A DNA stretch of 64,000 nt. Source: Lytechinus pictus. Its lineage: Eukaryota. The notes under the pieces were generated by a model. It worked only from the letters and a program-made list of their open reading frames with translations. It made no database searches and was not told the origin of the DNA. Positions 28,001-40,239 of this stretch are shown piece after piece (the stretch's first letter is position 1; every line of letters starts with the position of its first letter). Both the position numbers and the translations under genes were made by a program. The stretch spans positions 16,308,001 to 16,372,000 of the forward strand of contig NC_087250.1 of NCBI RefSeq assembly GCF_037042905.1, written 5' to 3'.

Positions 28001-30980
28001 AGTGAGACTATAGGGGCCGCTTTTCTGACGGCGGCAGCGGCGTCAACACCAAATCTTTACCTGAGGTTAAGTTTTTAAAATGACAGCATAACTTAGAATG
28101 TATATGGACCTAGTTCATGAAACTTGGCCATAAGGTTAATCAAGTATTACTAAACATCCTGCCTGAGTTTCAGGTCACATGACCAAGGTCAAAGGTCATT
28201 TAGGGTCAATGAACTTTGGCCAAATTGGGGGTATCTGTTGAATTACCATCATAACTTTGAAAGTTTATGGACCTTATTCATGAAACTTGGACATAAGAGT
28301 AATCAAGTATCACTGAACATCCTGTGCGCATTTCAGGTCACATGACCAAGGTCAAAGGTCAATGAACTTTGACCATTATGGGGGTATCTGTTGAATTACC
28401 ATCATAACTTTGAAAGTTTATGGATCTGATTCAAGAAACTTGGACATAAGAGTAATCAAGTATCACTGAACATCCTGTGCAAGTTTTGCGTCACATGATC
28501 AAGGTCAAAGGTCATTGAACTTTGGCCATTTTAGAGGTAATTATTAGATTGCTGTGATTACTTTCAAATTTTATAGATATAGTGTATAAAATGTGGATAT
28601 AGGGGTAATCAAGTTTCACTGACAAGTTTTAGGTCACATGTTCAAGGTCAAATGTCAATGAACGTAGTATTGTTTCATTATATGAATGGTGTTTTTTGTG
28701 AATAATTATTTGATAGTAGTTTTCAAAGTCAGCACTGCTGCTATATTCAATCGCGTGATGCAGGTGAGACCGCCAGAGGCATTCAACTTTTTTTTTTTTT
28801 TTAGTTAAGGTACTGTGGTCAAGTTAATTCAATGTAACTTTTTAAAAGAAAAAAGGTCAAATTTTTCTCTGGAAATGTTCCTTTTTCGCAAAGGGTGATT
28901 AATTTGTGGATTCTCTTTTATTTTTCAGCTTATTTTACTCATCCATCTTTCACATTTTCTTTCAAGTTGGTGTACTGATTCCCCTGATCAATCATCAAAC
29001 AAACTTAATTTCCTATGTTTCTTGTCCTTCTGAACATGCCCAAGTTTATGATTTGATGAGACTGGATATGATTAGGGAAATGTCCCTGCTCAGATGCTGG
29101 ATGTAAAAATGGGGGTCAACCTGTAATAGACAATGCACATATGCATCAATGCTGCAAACTTGGAATGGGCTAAAATGCACCACTGTTACGTAACAGAGGG
29201 TGTATTCAAAACCACTGAAGCGCGATCAATGAAATTTTCATAGAAGTTAGATCATGAAGTAAGCATTTTACTCATGAAAATTTATTTGAGAATACTACCA
29301 CATTTTAGAATTAATTCAGTCCTTTGTCAGAGGGACATTTTTTTGGGGGACGCGCGGTCTAATGTGTACTTTGTCTGCATGCTGTATCTAATTTGCCAAA
29401 TGAAAATTTTGTTCATAAACCGTTTCATTTATAACAAATGGTGTTAGACCAAGTGAATATTATACAAAATGGGTGTAACCTATTACTGGATATCAGACAA
29501 ATTGATAAATGGGCTAATGACATTTGCACCAAATAGTAAGGACGTGTAGTCAAACTTATTTAAAGGCCAGCGCACACTCTGTGAACCGATACAATACATT
29601 GAAAAAAAAAAAATCACATTTTGCATTGATTGTGAAAGTTTAAAAAAGTAAAATGACTTTATTTGAAGTTTGGCATATTGCTTTAGAATATAATAAAATC
29701 ATGATTTTGCTTTGCGGTGAGCCCTGTGGTCGGCGTAAAGTCCAAATTGACTTCAAGTTGCAGCCGATGATGACGTCATGACGAGTTGAATTGGATTTTG
29801 CTTTCATTCCTACCGGAAGGCCCAAACTAGACTGAATTTGATTTCATCATACCTACCCCTATTCTGATCACTAAGACTTTATTGATTGGAATGATGATGT
29901 CAAATGCTGTTACAATTTCTTGAAATTTGGATCGCAATGAATTGTAGGTTGTGCTCCGGGATGGAGACAAAGTAGGATTATACCATGTGGGATGAGACAA
30001 AATGACAAGCAGACGTCGACCATTCAGCAGTTTCCCAACTTTAAGGAGAATGATACTTCTTTCATTTCCCTTCATATTCTTGGTCCCCAATCATATTCGA
30101 TAATTCCAGTAGCTATAAACTGTTATTGCAAATTTGTTATACAAGTTTTCTAAAATAAGCTCCTGGTATTTTTGTTTGTTTGCCAGGTATGGTGTCCCTG
30201 GCTGGTGCTATGCCTGGTTTATGGTCTATCGAGGGTGGTAATAAGCGTGTTCCTCAACAACTCCTTCAAAGATCTGGCGCAACGCTAATGCAGTCTCAGG
30301 TACAATCTGTTGAGCGTGTAACTGGTAAGTCTGCAGAAAAGCCAATCTTCAGAGTCACATGGAACGAGCCTGCCAAAGGTGACCAGAGCATTGTCTTTGA
30401 CATTGTCATGATTGCTTCACCCATTGAGGACAATCTCTCAGGTATCGCTTTCAGTGGCTTTGATCATCCAATCACTGCCAACTTCACAGGAGATTACCGT
30501 CACACAGTTGCCTCTTTTATCGAGGGGCATCAGCGACCATCAACCTTTGGAGTCTCGCCCAAAGGCCAACTCCCGGGCTCGATTTTCACGAACGCAGAAG
30601 TGCCTCTGAACATCCGGACCCTTGCCAAGAACTACCCTGTTGACTACAACCCAGAGACGTTCAACGCATCAAGACAAGTCTACAAGATCTTCTCCACTGG
30701 TGTCCTCAACGATACGCAAATGGATTCGTTGTTCGAGTCATATTCGGAAGCAACCCACCATGATTGGTTAGCGTATCCCTACTACCATGAGCGTAATACA
30801 TTCCCTGGCTTTGTCTTATCAGAAGGGTTGTTTTACCCCAATGCTATTGAATGGGCCGCTAGTGCCATGGAGATGGCAGTTATAGGAAGCCGGAACAGTG
30901 CCATATTGGCTTACCATTATTGGCATGGGGAATCCCCCAAAGGGAAAGTGGGAACCTCTAGAATTAGGCAAGAATTATGA
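19038..30980 (+). CDS. PCYOX1: Prenylcysteine oxidase 1-like FAD oxidoreductase, 5 coding exons: 19038-19167, 23484-23690, 25102-25282, 26373-26584, 30187-30980 (1524 nt, 507 aa)
   Basis: All four introns are GT..AG with compatible phases (1,1,2,1). The spliced protein has a hydrophobic signal-like N-terminus, the Rossmann motif KIAIVGGGIGGTS, then GGRLATV..YEMGGSIVHPRNLYM, LGIFNGEEF, RANYGQ, LWSIEGGNK, WLAYPYY and NAIEWAASAMEM, all characteristic of PCYOX1/PCYOX1L. It ends in RQEL. PCYOX1 versus PCYOX1L orthology cannot be resolved. Confidence 0.95.
19522..21150. mobile_element. TA-flanked MITE (CCGTA termini, Tc1/mariner-pogo type) in PCYOX intron 1
   Basis: TA|CCGTAAGGGCACTA ... TAGTGCCCATACGG|TA; internal inverted segments ~19675-19735 and ~19912-19990. 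Confidence 0.75.
20033..21040. mobile_element. hAT-type non-autonomous element nested in the previous MITE
   Basis: TIR CAGTGGCGTAGACA / TGTCTACGCCCCTG; exact 8-bp TSD CTTGAAAT (20025-32, 21041-48). Confidence 0.88.
21270..21790. repeat. Diverged minisatellite (GTTAAAAATAGTGGGGAGTTAG..AGAAACAGAAACT), ~5 units with an interruption
   Basis: Motif recurs near 21272, 21348, 21597, 21668 and 21733. Confidence 0.65.
23824..24416. mobile_element. TTAA-site (Kolobok-like) MITE in PCYOX intron 2
   Basis: TTAA|AGGGGAATCC ... GGATTCCCCT|TTAA. Confidence 0.85.
25795..26245. mobile_element. Two adjacent ~170-bp palindromic MITEs (25795-25965, 26073-26245)
   Basis: GTTTCATAAAGCTGTTCGTAAGTT ... AACTTACGAACAGCTTTATGAAAC; further copies at ~27128-27270 and the split copy at ~40171-41568. 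Confidence 0.8.
27518..29358. mobile_element. Older CAGTG-type MITE in PCYOX intron 4, hosting the Helentron-like insertion
   Basis: TACAGTGCGTCCCAAAAAATGTCCCTCTGA versus TCAGAGGGACATTTTTTTGGGGGACGCG; long imperfect inverted arms. Confidence 0.7.
27981..28790 (+). mobile_element. Helentron/HINE-like non-autonomous element with internal ~150-165-bp tandem repeats
   Basis: Subterminal inverted repeat GTCTCA(T/C)CTGCAT ... ATGCAGGTGAGAC, a short 3' stem-loop (GCCAGAGGC), T-run flanks without a TSD, and repeats containing GGTCACATGACCAAGGTCAAAGGTCA. Confidence 0.7.
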
Positions 30981-31078
30981 CTCTAGAGTTAGGCAAAAAC
31001 GTCACTTGTCGATATTTAGTTCAATTGCTCTTGAATATCAAAGTGTAGATTGTGTAATAGCTGACCTTTATAAAAATT

Positions 31079-31388
31079 GGCCCTTACTCTGAAGTCAGGT
31101 TTAACTTTAATAGACCATGGTCTAACTCTGTGCTAAAATTATAGGAAGACAAAAGTGTCAAAATATTTATTAAGTTGTATGTTTCTAATGTTTACTGTGC
31201 TCTTTCCTGATTCTTCAAGACAATCCATCTATTCATACTTCCTAGACAATTATGAATGATTTGAGAGTTAAATGAGCTGAAATATGATATCTCCACTGTT
31301 AGTGATGTATGTTACAATAATTGGTCTCCATACTTAAACGACAACTTTAAACCTGAGTTTAAGTTAAACCCGACTTCAGAATACGGCC
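31079..31388. mobile_element. MITE ~100 bp after the PCYOX stop codon
   Basis: GGCCCTTACTCTGAAGTCAGGTTTAACTT ... AAGTTAAACCCGACTTCAGAATACGGCC; partial copy at ~39140-39235. Confidence 0.75.
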
Positions 31389-31528
31389 TTTGCATCCTGG
31401 CTGATTCAGCAGGATGATTTTTTATATTTTTTTAGGTCTCAAGTACAAAATTGTGTGCACTTTGCATGTATACTTTGACATACCATACTATAAGGTTTTG
31501 CCATAAACCTTCAATCATAGCAACTGAA

Positions 31529-31736
31529 ATATAAACATTTAATGGAAATAATTAAGAATTTGTAACTCAGGGATGATTATAACTGAAAAAGGTTTAATAT
31601 AAACATTTAATGGAAATAATTAAGAATTTGTAACTCAGGGATGATTATTACTGAAAAAGGTTTGATATAAACATTTAATGGAAATAATTAAGAATTTGTA
31701 ACTCAGGGATGATTATTACTGAAAAAGGTTTAATAT
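31529..31736. repeat. 68-bp tandem repeat x3, nearly identical
   Basis: ATATAAACATTTAATGGAAATAATTAAGAATTTGTAACTCAGGGATG.. starts at 31529, 31597 and 31665. Confidence 0.95.
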
Positions 31737-32609
31737 TAAAGTATAATGTCATGCTTTGATATTAAGCTGAATATTACATGTAGGCATGTGATATTTGGGG
31801 AACATTAGTAATGAGGGGGGGGGGGGATGCCTTCTTTATTCATGTCTTGATCTATGCATGTATGTGATGTACCTGTACATAATGCATGAGACTGTGTCTC
31901 AAACCAACTAGCAATTTACATGTATATCATCTGTAGCTGTTCCGAATGGCCAAGTGGTCTATGTTATTGATCAATACATTCTTTGGGAGAATGTCTAAAT
32001 AAGCCTGTTCACTCTTAGATAAAGAAATTTTCTGAGAGAGTTCTATGCTTTTCCCATATTTGGGACATTTAAAAGATTTCCTAAGAGGTTCTAAATTATA
32101 ATAAACAACCACGTTGGAGTCTTTTAGGTTCTTCATAAAACCATTTCAGATTCTTGAGCATGTTTGGGAACGGTTTTTTTTTTTTTTTGAGGAATCAAAA
32201 TACAGGAAAATGGGTTCCAATTCACACCTTATTCGTAAGAGTACATTGTTGATATTACTGTAGGATACAATCCGCAATGATTTATGATATATAGAAAATT
32301 GTTTTATGTACATGATATGATTTTTCTATGATACCTTTGTGTGTGTACCCTGTACATGTATGGAAACTTGATCACTTGAAATTTTGATTTAACTTTCTAT
32401 ATATACCCTCTTTGTAATTAAGCCATTCACTTTGGAATCATGCCCAAAGGACGATACACTATGTGTGATAACCTCGGAAGTTTGTTTAATCCCATGCATT
32501 TTCATTGGTTTTTCTTAAATTGCCATTTGGTGACTTTGGATCTTGAAACCAGTTGATATGAGGGGCTATAATAGCTTTCTGTGATTCAACAACCACTCTA
32601 TTTGATTAT

Positions 32610-35600
32610 TAGTCCAGTAGATATGTGAAAAAGATGCTCGAATCTGGCAGAAAGTGTGAAATTTGGCATACAGGGGTATTTTTGGGCGCTGATTTCAAAA
32701 ATTGCCGGCCCCAAGCGTTTTGACCATCGGATCGGCCGCCATTTTGAAATCCAAGATGGCCGCCATGAAAAATCATTAAATGTCATTTTCTTGAGTTTTT
32801 CATGTCATGTGACACTGAAATTTTGCATAAAGGGGTATTTTGAGGCACTGATTTCAAATATTGCTGGCCCCCAGCAATTTGACAATTTGGCCAGCGGCAA
32901 AATGGCCGCCATCTTGAAATCCAAGATGGCCGCCATGATATAATATAGCAATCATTTTCTCGAGTTTTATATGAACTGCTGTATTGAAATTTGGCATATA
33001 GGCTTAATTTGGGGTGCTGATTTCAAAAATTGCCGGCCCCAAGCGATTTAACCATGGGGTCGGCCGCCATTTTGAAATCCAAGATGGCCGCCATGAAAAA
33101 TCATTAAATGTCATTTTCTTGAATTTTTTATGTCATGTGACACTGAAATTTGGCATATAGGGGTATTTTGAGACACTGATTTCAAATATTGCCGGCCCCC
33201 AGCAATTTGACCATTTGGCCGGCGGCAAAATGGCCGCCATCTTGAAATCCAAGATGGCCGCCATGATATATTATTGCAATCATTTTCTCGAGTTTTATAT
33301 GAACTGCGGTATTGAAATTTGGCATATAGGCTTAATTTGGGGTGCTGATTTCAAATATTGCTGGCCCCAAGTGATTTGACCATCGCGTCGGCCGCCATTT
33401 TGAAATCCAAGATGGCCGCCATGAGAAATCATTAATGTCATTTTCTTGAGTTTTACATGACGTGTGACACTGCAATTTGGCATATAGGGGTATTTTTAGG
33501 CACTGATTTCGAATATTGCCGGCCCCCAGCAATTTGACAATTTGGTCGGCGGCAAAATATCCGCCATTTTGAAATCCAAGATGGCCGCCATGAAAAATCA
33601 TGAAATGTCATTTTCTTGAGTTTTACATGATATGTGACACTGAAATTTGGTATATAGGGGTATTTTGAGGCACTGATGTCAAATATTGCCGGCCCCCAGC
33701 AACTTGACCTCCAGGTCAGCGGCAAACCGGCCGCCATCTTAAAATCCAAGATGGCCGCCATGAAAGATAATTTTCTCAAGTCTTACAAATGGCCTGTAAC
33801 ACTTTAAATTTGGAGAAAAACTTGATCTTTGCATCCTTGATCAATGAAAAGAACCTACTAAATAGATGCTATTTTGAATTTCAATATGGTTACCAAGTTT
33901 GAATGATGTACAACATTATAATGGTGAGTAAAACCCATTGTATAGGCACTGAAAACAAATCCAACACAACCACATATTTGTCCATTGCAAGGATTACAAT
34001 ACTTTGGCACCTTTAATTGCTGATATAGATGTTACGTAAGTATGAAGTACCATACATACACAAACCAGCTAGCTTCTTCTGCAGTTACACATTTGAAGTG
34101 GCTTTGGTTGAATAATAACCATCCGGAACAATCACTTTCTGTTGAGAGGCTGTAAATTATTTCTTCATATGATCTGCAGTATTGCACTTTGACATATCGA
34201 CGGAGTGTGGGGTGCTTATTTCAAATATTGCTGGCCCTCATTGATCTGATCCCGAGTCAGAAGCAAAATGTCAGCCATCTTGAAATCCAAGATGGCTGCC
34301 ATGAAAAAAGATCATTGAAAAAAAATCACTTTATCTAATATCACGTAACATACTATTTTAAAGTTTGGCATCTAGGGAAATTGAAAATGCCCCCAGTAAT
34401 CTGTCCAATAGATATGCTGCAAAATGGCCACCATCTTGAAATCTAGAGAGAATCGACTGTCATGAAAATTAATAAAAATAATTTTCTTGGTTTTAAATAA
34501 TTTGAGGCACTGCATTTTAGACATACAGGCAGGTTTTTGGCCTGCTGGTTTTAGAATATTGCTCCAATAATTGCAATATCTTATTACAAATCAACATGAA
34601 GAAAACTGCTCCAGACTTGAAGTACTGATGGTAATAGTGGTATGAGGATGATGATGATGATGATGATGATGAAATTAATATTAATGATGGATGATAATAA
34701 TACACATTTTATTGTTCAAAATAGAATTCAGTAACAGAAATGCTCCAAAAATTTATTTTGCCCATACCCTGTAGATCGTGAGACCGGCAGCAACTTAGCA
34801 GCGCCACATCGGACTTTGCTCTATCCCTTAAAAAGGGGAGTTCACCCCGGAGAAAAGTTTGTTGTGAAAACAAAAGAAAATATGATATAAAAAAGATATT
34901 GGTGGATCCATCAAAGATATTAGAATTTTTAGTTTTTTTATTTGTGACGTCATATAGACTACTGTACGAGCAGCTGCCCCATTATGTTGTGTGATATAAA
35001 ATGCATAAATGGTTCATCATGGGTATTTTTTTCTTTCTGGAGCGGGTGTGAAATAATTTGTTTGTTGATATACTAAGGCTTCAATAAAAAACATTTTCAT
35101 TTTTTTTTAGGAGGCTACATTTTATTGATTTTTTACTATAAGAAACATGGGGGAACTGCTTGCATCTGACGTCACAAATACACCAAATGAAATTCCAATA
35201 GTTTTTTAAATATTGGATGGAATTTCCTCAAACCTTCAATATTTTTTCATTATTTATTATGTTATTGTTTCAATAAACCTCTTGTCAGGTTGAACTTCCC
35301 TTTAATTCGTTGACCGCCAAAAAGGTTAGAAGCAACTCCCCTCTTTTAACATCTTTTGGTCTGATGCTGTCAGATCTTGAACTCCCGATCTCCCGACTGA
35401 GAGGCGAACATGCTCCCATTGTCAGATTGTCGAACACACGATGGTTATCCAAAAATGCCAAATTTCAAAATAATAACTACGTTATAATTATGATACTTAT
35501 TTTTTTAATGATTTTTTTTAATGGCAGCCATCTTGGATTTCAAGATGGCTGCCATAAATTAGATGAACATTACTGAATTCGAGAGAAGTCTATGGAGATC

Positions 35601-37306
35601 ACAGGGAAATCCCAGTTGTGTGCGATGCCGTCAACACACGTGTAGAAAGCAACTCAGACGCCAAAATAAAGCTTATTTTCTTCTCTTTCGACTGATGATA
35701 CATATATTTTGATTGCTTGAAAACACTTGGTTATTTACCATCTAATCAAAAGACATATAACATAATTTCACCCAAGACCACAATAATATATGCACGTGCG
35801 TAAGCCCGTTTTTATACAGTATTCAATGGGGCTTCCGCAATGGGGCTTCCGCAATGTGCCCGTACCGCACGTTCCAGGCACGAATTTTGTGTTTCATTTT
35901 TAGCCATCGAACCCATGACTATATACATTATTTAGCTCAAAATTTTACATTTTCTTGTCAAAAAATTATGAATTCCACGATATATAATTTGCAAGAGAAG
36001 TTCAGTTGTTGAAATATCATATCATATGCGATTTTGCCTGTAAAACGGGAAATCTACACAGTTTCAGACTCGTAGCAAGAAGGGTTGGCGATAGTACCAT
36101 GACAAATCTGTGTGGTGGAATAGTGTATTTCATGGTGGGTAAAATCAAGCTCATACAACAATGGTCACCCTTCGCACCCATTGTTCACCCAACATGTATA
36201 TCTACCGACATGTATATCTACCAAGCCTATCGACGTGTCTTTATGTATTGGTGATACGCTTAAGTGCACCCGAATGTTTGCAGTGAAAGGGAGAAGAAAT
36301 TTGGGGTCTTATTTTTCGATATGCATGGCGGCCATCTTGGATTTAAAAATAGCGGCCGACCCGATGGTCAAATCACTTGGGGCCAGCAATATTTGAAATC
36401 AGCACCCCAAATTAAGCCTATATGCCAAATTTCAGTGTCACATGACATGGAAAACTCAAGAAAATTACATTTAATGATTTTTCATGGCGGCCATCTTGGA
36501 TTTCAAAATGGCGGCCGACGCGATGTTCAAATCACTTGGGGTCAGCAATATTTGAAATCAGCACCCCAAATTAAGCCTATATGCCAAATTTCAATACCGC
36601 AGTTCATATAAAACTCGAGAAAATGATTGCAATAATATATCATGGCGGCCATCTTGGATTTCAAGATGGCGGCCATTTTGCCGCCGGCCAAATGGTCAAA
36701 TTGCTGGGGGCCGGCAATATTTGAAATCAGTGCCTCAAAATACCCCTATATGCCAAATTTCAGTGTCACATGACATGAAAAACTCAAGAAAATGACATTT
36801 AATGATTTTTCATGGCGGCCATCTTGGATTTCAAAATGGCGGCCGACCCGATGGTTGAATCGCTTGGGGCCGGCAATTTTTTAAATCAGCACCCCAAATT
36901 AAGCCTATATGCCGAATTTCAATACCACAGTTCATATAAAACTCGAGAAAATGATTGCAATAATATATCATGGCGGCCATCTTGGATTTCAAGATGGCGG
37001 CCATTTTGCCGCCGGCCAAATGGTCAAATTGCTCGGGGCCGGCAATATTTGAAATCAGTGCCTCAAAATACCACTTTATGCCAAATTTCAGTGTCACATG
37101 CTATGTAAAACTCAAGAAAATGACATTTAATGATTTTTCATGGCGGCCATCTTGGATTTCAAAATGGCGGCCGACCCGATGGTCAAATCGCTTGGGGCCG
37201 GCAATTTTTGAAATCAGCGCCCCAAAATACCCCTGTATACCAAATTTCACACTTTCTGCCAGATCCGAGCATCTTGGCCATTTTTTGTCACATAACCGCT
37301 CCACTA
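32610..37306. mobile_element. 4.7-kb non-autonomous TIR element with ~1-kb inverted arms of 328-bp tandem repeats (Academ-like termini)
   Basis: Termini TAGT...ACTA, 3-bp TSD TAT (32607-09, 37307-09). Arms ~32610-33780 and ~36300-37306 are inverted copies of a CAAGATGGCCGCCAT-rich repeat with 328-bp period. Confidence 0.8.
34832..35301. mobile_element. TTAA-site MITE nested in the 32610-37306 element
   Basis: TTAA..AGGGGAGTTCACCC ... GGTTGAACTTCCCT|TTAA with internal inverted TTTGTGACGTCA / TGACGTCACAAA. Confidence 0.75.
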
Positions 37307-37426
37307 TATTGACATATGTGCTTAGTAAAGTTATTGTAGCTACACATGTATCCTGTGTAAAAATATTGTTCATTTTGACTGAGTGGATATTGTTCAGTGC
37401 CCTGGTAAAGTTAGGTCAGTTTCTTT

Positions 37427-37806
37427 CGCATACATTCGTAATTCCGAAGCTTCGTTATTCCAAAGGTTCGGATATTCCGAAAGTTCGTTATTCCGAAGGT
37501 TCGTATTTCACAAGGTTCGTAATTCCGAAGGTTCGTTAACTAGTCCGAAAACAAAATGAAGTTCGTAATTCCAAAGGTTCGTTAGTCCGAAAACGAAGTG
37601 AGGTTCGTAATTCCGAAGGTTCGTTAAACCGAAAATGAAAATAGGTTTGTTATTCCGAACCTCATTTCGTTTTCGGATTATCGAACCTTCGGAATAACGC
37701 CACAAATGTTCGGATTAACAAACCCTTTTTCGGAATAATGAACATCGAGGTATAGGCAATTTACGTGTTTCGGAATAACGAACCTTCGGAATTACGAAGT
37801 GTAACT
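37427..37806. mobile_element. Second, shorter copy of the TTCCGAAGGTTCG foldback MITE, opposite orientation
   Basis: Termini CGCATACATTCGTAATTCCGAAG and CTTCGGAATTACGAAGTGTAAC match the 49914-50438 copy; TSD not clean. Confidence 0.8.
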
Positions 37807-37990
37807 GTTCCTTTTGGAACCCAGTTTTTTATTTCTTTAACGACACAATCTAGATGATTTTTATAATTTTTAATCAATTGAATGTGCCATTCTCTTTCAC
37901 ATGTTTGCAATATCATTGAGCAGTACTACTTGAATCACTCTATCTCGTTAGTAACGGCTTGTTATAAAAGGCTGTGTGAGTTGCACTTAA

Positions 37991-38510
37991 AGGGATACTC
38001 CGGGTTGAAGATATTTATATGTAATTAAATATAGTAAAATTCACAGAGCAACATGCTGAAAATATCCATCAAAATTGGATAACAAATAACACAATTATTG
38101 AATTTCAAAGATTTGCATTATTCCAGTTGTATGCATGTCTTCATTAATATTCATTTGGTGGGCTGATGGTGTCACCTCCCCCTTTCTGTTTTCTTATGTT
38201 ATATGATTTTATTTTTTTATTTTTTTTCATGTGTAAATGATGCGTCCCTATTATGATGGAGTGTGTTGCAGCAATACAATCCCATTGTTCTAGTTTTTGG
38301 TAGAAATTTATTTTGAATAAACCTTAATTTCATACAATAAAATACAACAGAGTAAGTGGGGATATGACATCATCAGCCCACCTAATGAATATTCATGAAC
38401 ACATGCTTAGAACAGTTTCACCAGAATAATCCAAATCTTTTAAGTACGTAACTTTGTTATCTGATTTTGATCAAATTTTCAGCATTTTGCCTTGTGAATT
38501 TTTTCTTTTT
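37991..38510. mobile_element. TTAA-site MITE, family A (right end eroded)
   Basis: TTAA|AGGGATACTCCGGGTTGAAG start; colinear with the 8632 copy. Confidence 0.75.
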
Positions 38511-39238
38511 TTAAGGTTTCGGGTAAATTTCTATTGGTGGCCGCAACGGCCAAAATTAAATGCCTGGGTATATAAAGTGAAGTGTGTGTTTCGTGTTAAT
38601 TCCCGAAGCTAGTTGCGATAAGTCAGCCAGTCAATTGATCCTATGGTGTCTTTCAAGGAAAAGCTACTTGCATTATTAGACGAAAAAGACTGAATATTTG
38701 ATATCACATTCTATCTAGAACTTTGGTGGCATCGTCTCTTGATTTGAAGAATTTCTAGACCCTTGTCAGAACTTTTGAAGGTCCATTTTTTTGCAGAAAC
38801 CTAATGAACCAACTTTGCTAATTTCCATTAATAGTTTTTAAAACTCCCTCTCAATTTTCAAGTAGAGAGTTCCTACCTTTACTAAGATACTAATTTTAGT
38901 TTGCTGTTTTTCCGACATGATGCTATCAGATCTTCACATTCTCTATGAGTTTTTGATATATTACCCTCATTAGTTTCTTGGTGGCTTTGTCTTTTAAAGA
39001 CACCATGTGAGAAATTGGGTTACTGGCAAGCTTATAAGCTACTGAAATCATAAAGTTTGATTGGCTGTTGTAAAATTGTTATAGAAACTTTCCATAATTA
39101 TGCAGAAGGACCCTGATCCCTCCTATTGCAGTGGGGCAAGGGCCTGTATTCTGAATTCAGGTTTGACTTTATAGATCATGGTCTAACCCTGTGTTAAAAT
39201 TATGGGAAGCCAACAATTTCAAAATATTGCTTACATTT

Positions 39239-40000
39239 TTGTCTCACCTGCATAGCAGAGTGACACTATAGGCGCCGCTTTTCCGACGGCGGCGGCGGCG
39301 TCAACACCAAATCTTAACCTGAGGTTAAGTTTTTGAAATGACAGCATAACTTAGAAAGTATATGAACCTAGTTCATGAAACTTGGCCATAAGGTTAATCA
39401 AGTATTACTGAACATCCTGCCTGAGTTTCATGTCACATGACCAAGGTCAAAGGTCATTTAGGGTCAATGAACTTAGACCATGTTGGGGGGAATCAACATC
39501 AAAATCTTAACCTAAGGTTAAGTTTTTGAAATGTCGTCATAACTTAGAAAATATATGGACCTAGTTCATGAAACTTGGACATAAGGTTAATCAAGTATCA
39601 CTGAACATCCTGCATGAGTTTCACGTCACATGACCAAGGTCAAAGGTCATTTAGGGTCAATGATCTTTGGCCGAATTGGGGGTATCTGTTGAATTACCAT
39701 CATAACTTTGAAAGTGTGTTGGTCTAGTTCATAAAACTTGGACATAAGAGCAATCAAGTATTACTGAACATCCTGTGCACATTTTAGGTCACATGACCAA
39801 GGTCAAAGGTCAATGAACTTTGGCCGTAATGGGGGTATCTGTCGAATTACCATCATAGCTTTGAAAGTTTATGGATCTGACTCTTGAAACTTGGACATAA
39901 GAGTAATCGAGTATCACTGAACATCCTGTGCGAGTTTCAGGTCACATGATCAAGGTCAAAGATCATGTAAGGTCAGTGAACTTTGGCCACGTTGGGGGTA
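39239..40000 (+). mobile_element. Second copy of the Helentron-like element, 3' end missing
   Basis: Starts TTTTTGTCTCACCTGCATAGCAGAGTG and carries the same tandem units as 27981. Confidence 0.75.
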
Positions 40001-40239
40001 AACTCTTCATATACAGTTCACTCCAAAGGGATTGGTCCCTTGCATCACTAAAAGAAAGGATTATTCTTTGCATTCAGACAAGTCGTGCAATAACCAGACT
40101 TATGCAGGTTTATGAATAGGCCTATGGTCCCCATTGCATAAAAGTTACTATGTTGGTAACTTTTCCATCTTGGTGGGTGTTTCATGAAGTTGTTCGTAAA
40201 GTTACTAACGACTTTACGCACGACTGGAACACGTTCTTA

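Noticed and set aside
33900..34200. Possible Cys-rich transposase remnant (minus strand CNCRRS*LVC) inside the 32610-37306 element
   Set aside because: Too short and interrupted to call by eye; it needs a translated search against Academ proteins.
32598..37539. Many ORFs with repeated MAAILDFKMAA / FSWRPSWISKW / FHGGHLGFQNG peptides
   Set aside because: These are translations of the non-coding 328-bp tandem repeat in several frames on both strands; there is no gene structure.
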